64,000 nt of DNA from Eledone cirrhosa (GCA_964016885.1 CAXHJY010000011.1:62001-126000), one strand, 5' to 3'. Positions 1-12,360 are shown, counted from the stretch's first letter. Notes: generated by a model from the letters alone, not told the origin. A program made the numbers and translations.

Positions 1-220
1 GCTGCTGTTACAGCAGTAATACAGTTGAAACTCTCTATATTGAGATGTTATCAAAACAGAGTTAGATTTCACCATCACTCACCTTTTACGTAGAGGAGTT
101 CAACAGGGAAAACTTGCCAAAAGGCCGCCACTGCCGCCACTGCTGCTGCTGCTGCTGCCACTGCTGCTGCTGCCACTGCTGCCACTGCTGCTCCTGCTGC
201 CGCCTTCTGTCTTAGTTCTT

Positions 221-653
221 CTCTTATATTACTACAAAGAAACAGTTCCCAGCCTGTAGACCACAAACATATCTCTTATATCTAACACAGAAGTGGCTAT
301 GGGCCCGTAGACCACACAGACCTCTCTTATATTGCTACAAAGAAGCAGTTCCCTGCCTGTGGGCCGCAAAAACTTTTCTTATTTTACCATATAGAAGCTG
401 GTACTAGTCTGTAGACAACAAATATCTTATATTACTATATAGAAGCTGTTCCTAGCCTTGAAGCCGCAAAGATTTCTCTTATATTGCTGTATAGCAACAT
501 ATCGCAGCCTCGAGGCCGCAAGAATCTCTTTTATATTGCTTTGTAGCAAGCTATCGCAGACTTGAGGCCACTAAGAATGAACTAATATTGATATAGGGTA
601 GCATTTCCAACCCTGAGGCTGCAAAGGTTTCTCTTATATTGCTATAGAGCAGT
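221..653. repeat. Diverged ~51-52 bp minisatellite, about 8 units
   Basis: Unit start CTCTTATATT(A/G)CT and end GCC...GCCGCAAA recur at about 221, 273, 324, 376, 424, 476, 527, 581 and 631. Confidence 0.8.
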
Positions 654-659
654 GTATCT

Positions 660-1066
660 GAGCAAAGGCAGTACTTGGCAAGGGAGAATTCAGCTTACAT
701 AGGGCCCTTAACAGAAATGTTCACAGCAGATGTTATATGTTATTTAAGGAAGCAACATATTAAATTTAAGATCCTATAAATATGGGGGAAGCTCTGTAAA
801 CATCCCAGCCACCGACTTTGCTAATGACTACAGCAGAAGTCCGACCAGCTTTTGATTCAAGAATCAGGCTAGATCGATACAGATCGAACTTTGAGCTGCT
901 CAGTAGTGAAACGCGTCACAACTCAATAAACGTAATGAAGACATAACAAATCGTCCTTTTATTATTATATTTACACTCTGTTTAAGTCTACACCTCTTTA
1001 AAGACGGGAAACTACACATCCAGGGCTCACTCGGGTGAACCTACAGTAACTAGACGTTACATTCCC

Positions 1067-1068
<2 letters not shown>
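660..1068 (+). mobile_element. Penelope-like element 3' remnant (decayed ORF end, hammerhead, AATAAA, tail) ending in (TA)n
   Basis: GAAACGCGTC hammerhead half at 908-917 and AATAAA at 925. The tail 975-1068 is homologous to the island at 6923-7016. Weak frameshifted similarity to a PLE C-terminus (GKGEF..PLTEM..KE) at 677-780. Confidence 0.5.
814..924 (+). ncRNA. Degenerate type I hammerhead ribozyme with long stem II
   Basis: CTAATGA (mutated CUGAUGA) at 821. Stem II CTACAGCAG...CTGCTcaGTAG encloses about 60 nt. Then GAA-ACGCGT-C (palindromic stem III, GUC site). Stem I pairs poorly. Confidence 0.55.
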
Positions 1069-1120
<52 letters not shown>

Positions 1121-1145
1121 TAGATATATATAGATATAGATATAG

Positions 1146-1183
<38 letters not shown>

Positions 1184-1188
<5 letters not shown>

Positions 1189-1361
1189 GATGAGATTCTA
1201 CAGGACTAGAACTGTTTCATTCATTAGAAATCATCAGGAATCTCTAATGAATGAAACAGTTCTAGTCCTGTAGAATCTCATCTATATTAAAACTTTTATA
1301 CTCTGCTATGTATTGAGTACCTTACTTACTGTGGTTACCTCCGATTCAACCCGGAATAACG
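1184..1361 (+). mobile_element. (TA)n-embedded mini PLE-like element, family A, with 5' fold-back
   Basis: Perfect 45-bp inverted repeat 1184-1228 / 1243-1287, then a tail containing TATTGAGTAC and GTGGTTACCTCCGA (the latter shared with 5641-5768). (TA)n on both flanks. Confidence 0.8.
1192..1244 (-). ncRNA. Type I hammerhead ribozyme (complete core)
   Basis: Minus strand reads GAGAUUC CUGAUGA uUUC-uaau-GAAu GAA ACAG-uucuaguc-CUGU A^ GAAUCUC. This gives a 7-bp stem I, a 4-bp stem III and a GUA cleavage triplet. Confidence 0.85.
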
Positions 1362-1652
1362 TATATATACATACATATATATATATATATACATACATAT
1401 ATATATACATACATATATATACATATATATATATACATACATATATATACATATATACATATATACATACATATATATACATATATATATACATACATAT
1501 ATATACATATATATATACATACATATATATACATATATATATACATACATATATATATACATATATAGATATAGATATATACTTTCTGTTATGTATTAAA
1601 CTATATTTTATTCATATATCTATACATACATGCATAAAAACATACAGACACC

Positions 1653-1691
<39 letters not shown>

Positions 1692-1821
1692 AATATGTGT
1701 GTGTGTGTGTGTGTATGAATGTGTGAAGTTATTCGAATGAAGGTGTCCTTCGTATATGTTGGTATGAACAGTATTAGAGGTTACGTTAGATTTTTGCTAT
1801 ATATTTAATTAAGGAACCATA

Positions 1822-1896
1822 CCGCACTTTCGGCGTATAAGTCTTACGTCAATTTTACGTCAGTGCGCGTCCCCGTCTTATATAACGGAGATATGA
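1822..1896. mobile_element. Small Tc2/pogo-like MITE remnant
   Basis: Imperfect TIRs taCCGCACTTTCGGCGTATAAG ... CTTATATAACGGAGATATG resemble CCGTATTT..CGTATAAGAC-type termini. Confidence 0.4.
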
Positions 1897-1929
1897 CTAA
1901 AAGAGCAGTAATAATGTAATTATAATTTA

Positions 1930-2160
1930 TTACACAAGGCTAGTAATTATAGGGGAAGGCAAACATTTCATTCTAGCGACCCGAATATTCCACTGGTATT
2001 TTATTTTCTCAACCTCTGAAAGATGAAAGGCAAAGTTTGTAAATTATGTCTACCTTTGGCACAAGGCAAGCAATATGGGGTGGAGGAGAAAGTCAATTAC
2101 ATCAACTCCAGTACGTAACTGGTAATTTATTTCATCGACCCTGTAATAATGAAAGTTATT
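1930..2160 (-). mobile_element. Two tandem fragments of the tRNA-derived SINE (same family as 43649-43840)
   Basis: GGCACAAGGC, ACTGGTA..TTATTT..TCGACCC and GATGAAAGGCAAAGT motifs match the full copy. Confidence 0.7.
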
Positions 2161-2395
2161 TAATATCGGAAAATAGTGAACAGTATTTTCTGTTAATTGT
2201 TTAGTGTTAATTGTTTAGTATATATACATATATATATATATTATAGAAACTATATGTATATTTATTATATAATATATATTCATATATATATATATAATCT
2301 ATATGTATATATATTATTTATAATATATATATATTATAGAATCTATATGTATGCATATTATATATATATATATATTATAGAATCTATATGTCTGC

Positions 2396-2437
<42 letters not shown>

Positions 2438-2538
2438 ATCTATATGTATATATATTTATATATATATACATAATATATATGTGTGTGTGCGTTTGGTGGT
2501 AGCATATGAATATATATATAAGTATGTATGTAAATGTG

Positions 2539-2578
<40 letters not shown>

Positions 2579-2903
2579 AATATATATATATATATATATA
2601 TATATTTTAGTGTGTTTGTGTGTGTGTGAATAGATATACATGTGTGTGAGTGTGTGAGTGTGCAGGCATGTGTGAATGTAATTCGCGTGAAAATAAGACA
2701 GAGTTAGATTTAATACGTTATGATAAGTAGCTCGATGCCGCTAGTTTCACCTTTCAATTCCCAGCGGTGTCACAGCTACTCGACATGCCTCCAGGGCCAA
2801 TAAACTAGGGAGTAGGGTATTAGACGGATGTCATAACACACCACCAGGTCCTTCTCTACCGAACCACACTTACGGATCACCGGATCCCCACCTTCAACCC
2901 AAG

Positions 2904-2949
<46 letters not shown>

Positions 2950-3226
2950 CTGTGTGTATCCATATATATTTATACATATATTTATATGTGTATATATATA
3001 AATATATGTATATATATATAAATATATGTATATATATATATATATATGTATATATTTATGTATATATATATTTATTATATTCATATATATATATATATAT
3101 ACATATACATATTTGTATATACATATGTCTATTTATATATATATATATATATATTTTTTTATATATATATATATACATAAATATATATATATTGATATAA
3201 TATATACATGATATGCATGTATGTCC

Positions 3227-3301
<75 letters not shown>

Positions 3302-3325
3302 ATATTTTTATAACTTTAACACACT

Positions 3326-3369
<44 letters not shown>

Positions 3370-4064
3370 CATATGTATAGACGTGTATGTGTATATAATG
3401 TATGTATACATGTTTCAACATATGGCATGCGTATATATAATTAAAGATGTATTTAAATATGTCCCTGAATATTGGGATTAATAAATTAAACATGGTTACT
3501 TAATTTTTGTTGCATAACACACACACACACATATATACACATACACACATACATATACACACACAGGTACACATATACATATATATATATATATATATAC
3601 ACATGCACATACATATACATATATACACGTATATATATACACATTCACATATATAAATATAAACATACATACACACATACATATACCTACACAGATACAT
3701 ACATATATACATGCATACATATATATAATACACTATATATATATACGTATACATATATATATATACATATATTATATATATATATATATATATAATGTAT
3801 ATATATATATAATGTATGTATATATATATATAATGTATATATATATATATATAATGTATATATATATATATATAATGTATATATATATATGTGTGTGTGT
3901 GTATATATGTATATATGTATATATGTATGTATATATGTATATATACGTATACATATATATATGCATATACATACATACATATATATATATATATTATTGC
4001 CACATAAACATGTTTACAATGCACTTTATTTTCCCGTAGGTTGGAGACGTTTGCCAAAAAATTG

Positions 4065-4095
<31 letters not shown>

Positions 4096-4096
4096 C

Positions 4097-4134
<38 letters not shown>

Positions 4135-4152
4135 GAATATATATATATATGA

Positions 4153-4187
<35 letters not shown>

Positions 4188-4215
4188 TATTTGTATATCT
4201 GTGTGTGTCTGTGTG

Positions 4216-4251
<36 letters not shown>

Positions 4252-4358
4252 CATATATATATGTAGATATATATATATTTGTATATCTGTGTGTCTGTGT
4301 ATATATATATATATATATATATGAATATATATGAATATATATATATATATATATATGA

Positions 4359-4389
<31 letters not shown>

Positions 4390-4391
4390 TG

Positions 4392-4422
<31 letters not shown>

Positions 4423-4591
4423 CTGTAAGAATTAAATAATGATGTATTTCATTTATTGGATAAATTAAAGTTTAATGTAAACATATGTAAAGGGATGTTT
4501 AGATTTTGTTGGGGATCTCATATTCTAGGTATATCTTACATCAAACATTAATATTATATACATACTTGTGAAGACCTATATATATATAAGT

Positions 4592-4651
<60 letters not shown>

Positions 4652-4942
4652 TAACAAAATTAAAGTTATGTCTGAGAAGATCAGAAACATGCGCCATACT
4701 ACCATGTATATATAAACACATATGTATAAGAATATAAATATATATATATCCTATCATATACATATATATATATATATATATATGTTTGTATATATGAATA
4801 TATATATATATATGTTTGTATATATGAATATATATATATGTTTGTATATATGAATATATATATATATGTTTGTATATATGAATATAACTATGTTTGTACT
4901 GTTTATTTTTCTTTACTTTCTTACTTCAAATTCCACCGAAGT

Positions 4943-4999
<57 letters not shown>

Positions 5000-5095
5000 C
5001 ATTGACTTCGGTAGAATTATATATGTATATATATATATATTTATATTTATACATACATATATATGGGGTTTTGTGTATATATATATATATATATA

Positions 5096-5291
5096 TATTT
5101 ATTAAAAAAACAGATTAAAGTTTAAGCAAAGAATCGCTGCTTTCACCCTTAACAGAAGATCCCGTTAAGGATGAAAGCAGCGATTCTTTGCTTAAACTTT
5201 AATCTGTTATTTTAATAAATATTTGCTCTACGGTTCTTATATATTTGATATATATTTATCCTTATCGAGCCCTCTTTGGATTTTAGTCTTC
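5096..5291 (+). mobile_element. (TA)n-embedded mini element, family C, with ~58-bp fold-back and variant hammerhead
   Basis: Inverted arms 5096-5153 / 5164-5222. CAGAAGA-stem II-GAAAGCA...TGCTT. By eye, 5153-5291 matches 45356-45494 with one mismatch. Confidence 0.8.
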
Positions 5292-5305
5292 TAATTTATT
5301 CTTAT

Positions 5306-5353
<48 letters not shown>

Positions 5354-5640
5354 GTGTGTGTGTGTGTGTATACACCAATGTTTGTGTATATATCTCTGTG
5401 TTGATGTAAATTCCGTTATAAAACATGAGTCACTGTGGTTTACGTCTTGCTGGTGTCCTCCTTCACCTACTCGGTAACTTAGCCATTTGACAATTAGGGA
5501 TCGATAAAAAGAAATTAGCAATTAACGTGGTGAGAGAGGAAATATGATTGAGTCATTGCTTATTAATCATCGTAACTATCTGTCTATCAATATATCAGAC
5601 ATATATATCAAGAACTATATATATATATATATATAAATAT

Positions 5641-5768
5641 ATGACTTCTACAGAACTAAGACTGTTTCAGTAAGAAATCATCAGGAATAAGAAATGCTAT
5701 GCTCTCGCAATGTATGTAGTACCTTTTTCTTTTATTTGTGGTTACCTCCGACATCACACGGGAACGTA
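5641..5768 (+). mobile_element. Mini PLE-like element, family A-related; inverted hammerhead (minus strand 5644-5689) joined to the 3' tail
   Basis: Minus strand reads UUC CUGAUGA uuucuuacu GAA ACAG-ucuuaguu-CUGU A GAA, with stem II eroded. The tail TGTGGTTACCTCCGA is shared with 1330-1344. Confidence 0.7.
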
Positions 5769-6313
5769 CATATTGTATTTATATGTGTACGTGTGTGTGT
5801 GAGTGTGTGTGTGTGTGTGTGTGTTTGCTGATGATTTGGTGAGTGATATTCTTGATGAGACGTTTGATAGAAACATAGAGATAAGTTTGTACTGTCATAT
5901 ATATATATAGAGAGAGAGGGAGAGGGAGGGAAAGAGAGAGAGAAAACTATATACAACTGTGTGTAGAAAGATATATAGAAAGTGTTTTAAGAAAGGTTGA
6001 TAAGATAGTGGATCTGGTAAAACTATTAACAAGAGTTTACAGTAGCGCGATGTTATCTCGTAGATCTTCCTAGATAGATAATACTGTGTGTATATATATG
6101 TGTGTGTGTGTGTGTATATATATATGTATATATATATATATATATATGTATATATACGTATATGTATACATATATTTGTATTTATATATTTGTGTATGTA
6201 TGCATATATTTGTGTATGTATGCATATATTTGTGTGTATATATATTATATGCATATTTTTGTATATATATGTGTATATGTATATATATGTATACATATAT
6301 ATGTATATATGTG

Positions 6314-6354
<41 letters not shown>

Positions 6355-6649
6355 TCACGTATATATGTGTGTGTGCCTGTGTATATTCATTATATACATG
6401 CACGCTCTCTATCGTTTGAGCGCCGTACTATTATCCGGTGGCCTGTCTTGAGAAGTTATAAACCTACAAATCTCGTTCCTCTCCAGTCCTAAACATGACC
6501 GATTTCTTCCCAAAGGGATAGGAAGTGACAGAGAAGTAGCAAGAAAGAGATATAGAAGAATAATCGGCCACAGTATTTGACTGGTACATGTGCCGAGAAC
6601 TAGAATGAAAATTATTTCCTATTCTAACAAATCTTCCAATTCGCTATAA

Positions 6650-6820
6650 TCTATCTATATACCACTAAAACTCTGTGATTGTGTGTTTGTCTGTTATTTA
6701 ATACAATCAAAACGGCGCATAATGGGAAAATACTTTGAAAAAAAGTTGCCCCTGAAATGGGAATAAAAAATGGAATAAAACAAGTTTCGCGTAAATCGGA
6801 GCACCGGTTCCTGAGATACA
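6650..6820 (+). mobile_element. Possible non-autonomous Helitron/Helentron-like fragment
   Basis: TCTATATAC..TAAAA..TGTGTGTTTGTCTG 5'-end-like sequence, and an AAGTTTC..AAATCGG..CCGGTTCCTGAGA segment followed by (CA)n. Confidence 0.35.
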
Positions 6821-6922
6821 TATGTATATGTATATACACACGCACATGTACATATATATACACACACACATACACACGCACGCACACACACACATATATA
6901 TGTATATATATATATATATATA

Positions 6923-7016
6923 TCCAGGGGGTGTAACTTGGAGTTACAGAAGGTTCACCCGGGAGAGCACTCGATGTTTAGGTTCACTTCTGTGATGAGG
7001 TGTAGAGCTCTTTCAA
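6923..7016 (-). mobile_element. 3' tip of a PLE-like family homologous to 975-1068, inserted in (TA)n
   Basis: TGTAAC..GTTAC.G.AGGTTCACCCG.G.GAGC.CT.GATGT.TAG.TTC...GAGGTGTAGA aligns with the reverse complement of 975-1068. Confidence 0.7.
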
Positions 7017-7177
7017 TATATATATATATACCCGTGTATATATATATATGTATATATATATATATACCCGTGTATATATATATATATATATATATACACG
7101 TGTATATATATATATACTACACGCTCATATATATACACACTCATATATATATATATATATATATATAAATACACACA

Positions 7178-7233
<56 letters not shown>

Positions 7234-7288
7234 TTTAATTTCGTTTCGTTATTTGTTTTTATATATATATATATTTTTATATACATAT

Positions 7289-7482
7289 AACAAAGGAATT
7301 GTGGTAAGGAACCAAATGGACCGTAACGCACCACAGTACTCAATACTTAGGGTAGTAGAGTGGAAATAGGAAAAGTGTGACCCTGGCGGCAGAGCTCAAG
7401 CCGTTCGACGGCTATTTCTCGACTCCAGAAATAGCCGTCGAAACAGCTTGAGCTCTGCCGTCGGGGTCATACATTTTCCTAT
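7289..7482 (-). mobile_element. Mini element, family D, with ~55-bp fold-back containing the 3' half of a hammerhead
   Basis: Arms 7366-7419 / 7427-7482. Consensus of the two arms is GAA ACGGC-ttgagctct-GCCGT C GGGGTC (GUC site). The tail is homologous to 54549-54630. Confidence 0.8.
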
Positions 7483-7494
7483 ATATATATATAC

Positions 7495-7541
<47 letters not shown>

Positions 7542-7570
7542 TATATATACACTCACACATATATATCTAT

Positions 7571-7673
<103 letters not shown>

Positions 7674-8260
7674 ATACATCCCAACCAGTATGTATAATAT
7701 AGGCCACCCCATCAAGCTTATATTCTTAATTACTTTGAATAGACCACTTCATAAACAGCTGCTCTCTGTGGGGGAGGGAGGGGGCGTACATGTGGGATGG
7801 TGGTGGTGGTGGTGGACGTGTGTGTACAGTGGTGGTGGTGGTGGTGGTTAGGTGGCGCTGCTGTTGATGATAACAGTAGTGGTGGTAGTTTTGATCATGT
7901 TGACTGTTGTATGTCCTTGTGTGTGTATATATGTATGTCCTTGTGTGTCTCTCCTTGTGTGTGTATATATGTATGTCCTTGTGTGTGTGTGTCCGTGTGT
8001 GCGTATGTGCCAGTGTGTATATATGTCTGTGTGTGTATGTATATTTGTGTATATATGCATGTGTGTATTTTTCTTAGTGTATCTGTGCATGTATGTATGT
8101 TAGTGTATGTGCATGTATGTATGTATGTTAGTGTATATATGCATTTATGTGTATATATATCCCAAACCACAATAATCCACCTATTTTAGTACATGTTCGT
8201 GATTTCACCTCACACAGACAAACATATATATACATATATACATATATATATATACATATA

Positions 8261-8315
<55 letters not shown>

Positions 8316-8774
8316 TATACATACATATATACATACATATATATATATATATATACACATGTATATATATATATATATATATGTTTGTGTTTTTGTTTAA
8401 TCCTTCCTTACCGTCGTCTATTTTGTGGTTGAGTTTCTGTCGACAAAACACCCACACCTTCCTTATATCACACACATACATACATATACGTACACACATA
8501 CACACATACAAATACATACACACACAAACATATATATATGATATATATATACATATATATAAATATATATATACATACATACATATATATAGATATACAT
8601 ACATATATATATATATATATACATACATATATATATATATATATATATTTATACATACATATTTATACATACATATATATATATATATACATACATATAT
8701 ATATATATATATATACATACATACGTATATATATATATATATACATTTTATACATACACATATATATATATATA

Positions 8775-8812
<38 letters not shown>

Positions 8813-8937
8813 CATATATACATACATATATATATATACATATATATACATACATATATATATACATATATATACCTTGTATCAATACCCACATGCCTGG
8901 TGTTCACAGTCTAATTACATTGAAAATGTGTGTGATG

Positions 8938-8971
<34 letters not shown>

Positions 8972-9281
8972 TATATATATGGTGTATATATATATATGGT
9001 GTATATATATGGTGTATATATATATATGGTGTGTGTATATATATATATATATGGTGTATATATATATATGGTGTGTATATATATATGGTGTGTATATATA
9101 TATATATATATATGGTGTGTATATATATATATATATGGTGTATATATATATATATTCTGCCCGTAATAACAGGAATTATCAAAGAGTATGTCACATGTGA
9201 CATGATGTGGTGTCCTGCTAATTATAGACCTTCTCGTTGCCACCACACACTCTGGCCAACCACAGCGTTGCATCCCTTTAC

Positions 9282-9592
9282 TAGTGATGGTGGTGGTGGT
9301 GCTGGTGGTGCTGGTGGTGGTGGTGGTGGTAGTTCTCTTGATGGCGGTGGGTCTGGTTGTGGCGGTGGTGGTGGTGGTGGTGGTAGTTCTCTTGATGGCG
9401 GTGGGTCTGGTTGTGGCGGTGGTGGTGGTGGTGGTGCTGGTGGTGGTTCTCTTGATGGCGGTGGTGGTGGTGGTGGTGGTATCTCTTGATGGCGGTGGGT
9501 CTGGTTGTGGCGGTTGTGGTGGTGGTGGTGCTGCTGGTGCTGGTGGTGGTTCTATTGATGGCGGTGGGTCTGCTCGTGGTGGTGGTGATGGT
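9282..9592. repeat. (GGT)n-based higher-order minisatellite, about 5 units
   Basis: TCTCTTGATGGCGGTGG recurs within GGT runs. Confidence 0.85.
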
Positions 9593-9699
9593 ATCATTTA
9601 GTGGTAGCAAACAATGGCGGCTGTGTGTTTGACCTCAGTCGTACACCATGCCCCAGGTGTTTGTTGTGATCTTAGAGTAAATCTTTTGATAACAAATTG

Positions 9700-9900
9700 T
9701 GGCGGCACTTGACTCAATGGTTAGGGTAGTCGGCTGACGATTGTAAGGTTCTGAGTTTGAATCCTGGCGGTGCGATGTCTCCTTGAACAAGAGACTTTAT
9801 TTCATATTGGTGCAGACCATCCTTTAATAATGGTTTCTAATTTAAGCACAAGGTTAGCAATTTTGGGACGAGTAAAAGTCGATTAAATATATATAAGCCA
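9700..9900 (+). mobile_element. tRNA-headed SINE (CORE-like head) plus a fragment of a second SINE
   Basis: A-box-like TGACTCAATGG, B-box-like GTTTGAATCC, and CCTTGAACAAGAGACTTTATTTCA as in 58645-59095. Confidence 0.65.
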
Positions 9901-9970
9901 GTATATATATATATATATATATATATGTGCGTGTGTGTGTGTGTGTGTGTGTGTGCATATATATATATAT

Positions 9971-10082
9971 AAAGTATTTACTGATGAGGACGTACTGTTG
10001 AAGATAGCTCAGTACCTCTGAAATATGTATAATAAAATATACTTGATCACACGAATGTCTATTTTTGTTAATATTTTGAATT
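9971..10082 (+). mobile_element. Mini element, family B, beginning with a hammerhead core (9981-10037), in (TA)n
   Basis: CTGATGA GGACGTACTG-loop-CAGTACCTCT GAA ATATGTAT A ATAAAAT. Near-identical to the reverse complement of 45151-45253. Confidence 0.8.
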
Positions 10083-10086
10083 TATA

Positions 10087-10129
<43 letters not shown>

Positions 10130-10279
10130 GTATATATGTATGTATGTATGTGTGTATGTTTGTTGTATGTATATATATCGATCTATAATAGTCTTTCCTC
10201 GAGCTGATCGATAGTGAAACATATGTAATATGTTATTAGATATGTTCTGATGCAACACTGAATCCTTGTTCTTTTAATC

Positions 10280-10330
<51 letters not shown>

Positions 10331-10499
10331 GAGACACACCACAACACACATATATATACTGTATATATATATATATGCGAGACACACTACAACAAAAATA
10401 TAAACCCTCCATCTCAATTTTACTTTTGATAATCATAAGAACTGAGAAATCGGTAAAGTAAATAAATATTCTTAAAAGACTCCAATTGCATTTTCAATT

Positions 10500-10544
<45 letters not shown>

Positions 10545-10844
10545 AAGTATTTACGTGTGTATAATCGCTTGAAATAGAATTGCTATTTAGCAAAAATAAA
10601 AAATACAATACATATATTCTGGATTTTAATTATAATAAATGAACAAAATAAAATATCTATAAATAGTTTACCAACCAACGCCTTGTGTTGAGTTTTTTGT
10701 TTATTTTATTAAATAAAATTATTTTATTTAATAAGATTTTTCTCTTTCGTCTTGTTACTTGTATTGTTTGTCACACACATACACACACACCCTATCCTGT
10801 CCTCAATCGTCCCGTGGGACACCCCATATATATACATATATATG

Positions 10845-10888
<44 letters not shown>

Positions 10889-10928
10889 TATATATTTACA
10901 TGTATATGTAAATATATATGTATATATG

Positions 10929-10980
<52 letters not shown>

Positions 10981-11035
10981 TATATATATAGTGACGAAAC
11001 ATAAGTCAATTGCATGAACTCATAATCCTTTATTT

Positions 11036-11091
11036 ACTGCTATATATATTTCGATGATAGCCATTGAATGGCTATGACCTCATCAGGCAGT
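11036..11091 (-). ncRNA. Type I minimal hammerhead ribozyme (complete), within TA-flanked island 10991-11155
   Basis: Minus strand reads ACUGC CUGAUGA GGUc-AUAGCCAU-uca-AUGGCUAU-cAUC GAA AUAUAUAU A^ GCAGU. Perfect 5-bp stem I, long stem II and palindromic stem III. Confidence 0.85.
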
Positions 11092-11652
11092 TAGTCAGTT
11101 CTTAGATATGCCAGCTCTATGTTTATAGTGTTGATGGTATCAGAGCCTTGCGACATATATATACATTTAAGTACCAGTTAAGCACTGGGGTCGATTTAAT
11201 CGACGTTCCCCTCCCCAAATGTATGGCCTTGTGGCTATATAAGTAACCATTATTAAGTTAATATTGTAGGTAGATGATGGGGAAGGGTATAATATTTCAG
11301 TAGGGTTGCAGAGGGGGGGGGTATGTTCTTTATCCTGATTTTTTGGATGTTTGTATATTAATTTTATTTTGAGTTGTTGTCGGCATCGCTGTTGTTGTTG
11401 CTACTGTTGTTGTTGTCGGCATCGCTGTTGTTGTTGCTGTTGTTGTTGTTGTCGGCATCGGTGTTGTTGTTGCTGCTGTTGTTCTTGTTATTGTTGCTGT
11501 CGTTGGCGTTCTTCTTCTTCTTCTTCTTGCTTAGTTGTAGTCTTGTGGTGGTTGTTGTTGTTGTTATGGTGCTGTTTATGTTATTGATGCTGTTGTTGGC
11601 GTTGTTGTTCGTCTACACTACCGCCTCTCTTATGGTTGTTGTTGTTGTTGTT

Positions 11653-11711
<59 letters not shown>

Positions 11712-11831
11712 CCTACCTCACAAGAAGCCTCACAAGAAAGAGGAAGCCAGCATGTATGTCCACGTTACGTTACCTTAAATTGACTCCACAGACCGTCTTT
11801 CTCTTTAGAGCTCTTTCTTGAACACTTCCCA

Positions 11832-11853
11832 CATACAGACACACACAGACACA

Positions 11854-11895
<42 letters not shown>

Positions 11896-12360
11896 TATAT
11901 ACACACACACAGACACACACACACACACACACAGATATATACACACACACACACACACAGATATATACACACACACAGACACACACAGATATCCAGAGAC
12001 ACACACACAGACACAGACACACACAGATATCCAGAGACACACAGACAGACAGACACACAGACAGACACACAGACACACAGGCACACAGGCACACAGGCAC
12101 ACAGGCACACAGGCACACAGACACAGACACACACAGACACACACAGACACACACAGACACACACAGACACACACAGACACACACAGACACACACAGACAC
12201 ACACAGACACAGACAGACACAGACACACACAGACACACACACAGACACACAGACACACACAGACATACACAGACACACAGACACACACAGACATACACAG
12301 ACATACAAACACTCAGACACACACCTACACACACACACACCACACAGACAGACAGACAGA
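11832..12360. repeat. (CA)n/(CAGA)n compound microsatellite
   Basis: Direct inspection. Confidence 0.95.

Noticed and set aside
5828-5880. CTGATGA...GAAAC as a hammerhead
   Set aside because: No stem I, II or III pairing.
8893-9610. Gly-rich or His-rich ORFs
   Set aside because: A (GGT)n minisatellite open in many frames, with no splice or domain evidence.
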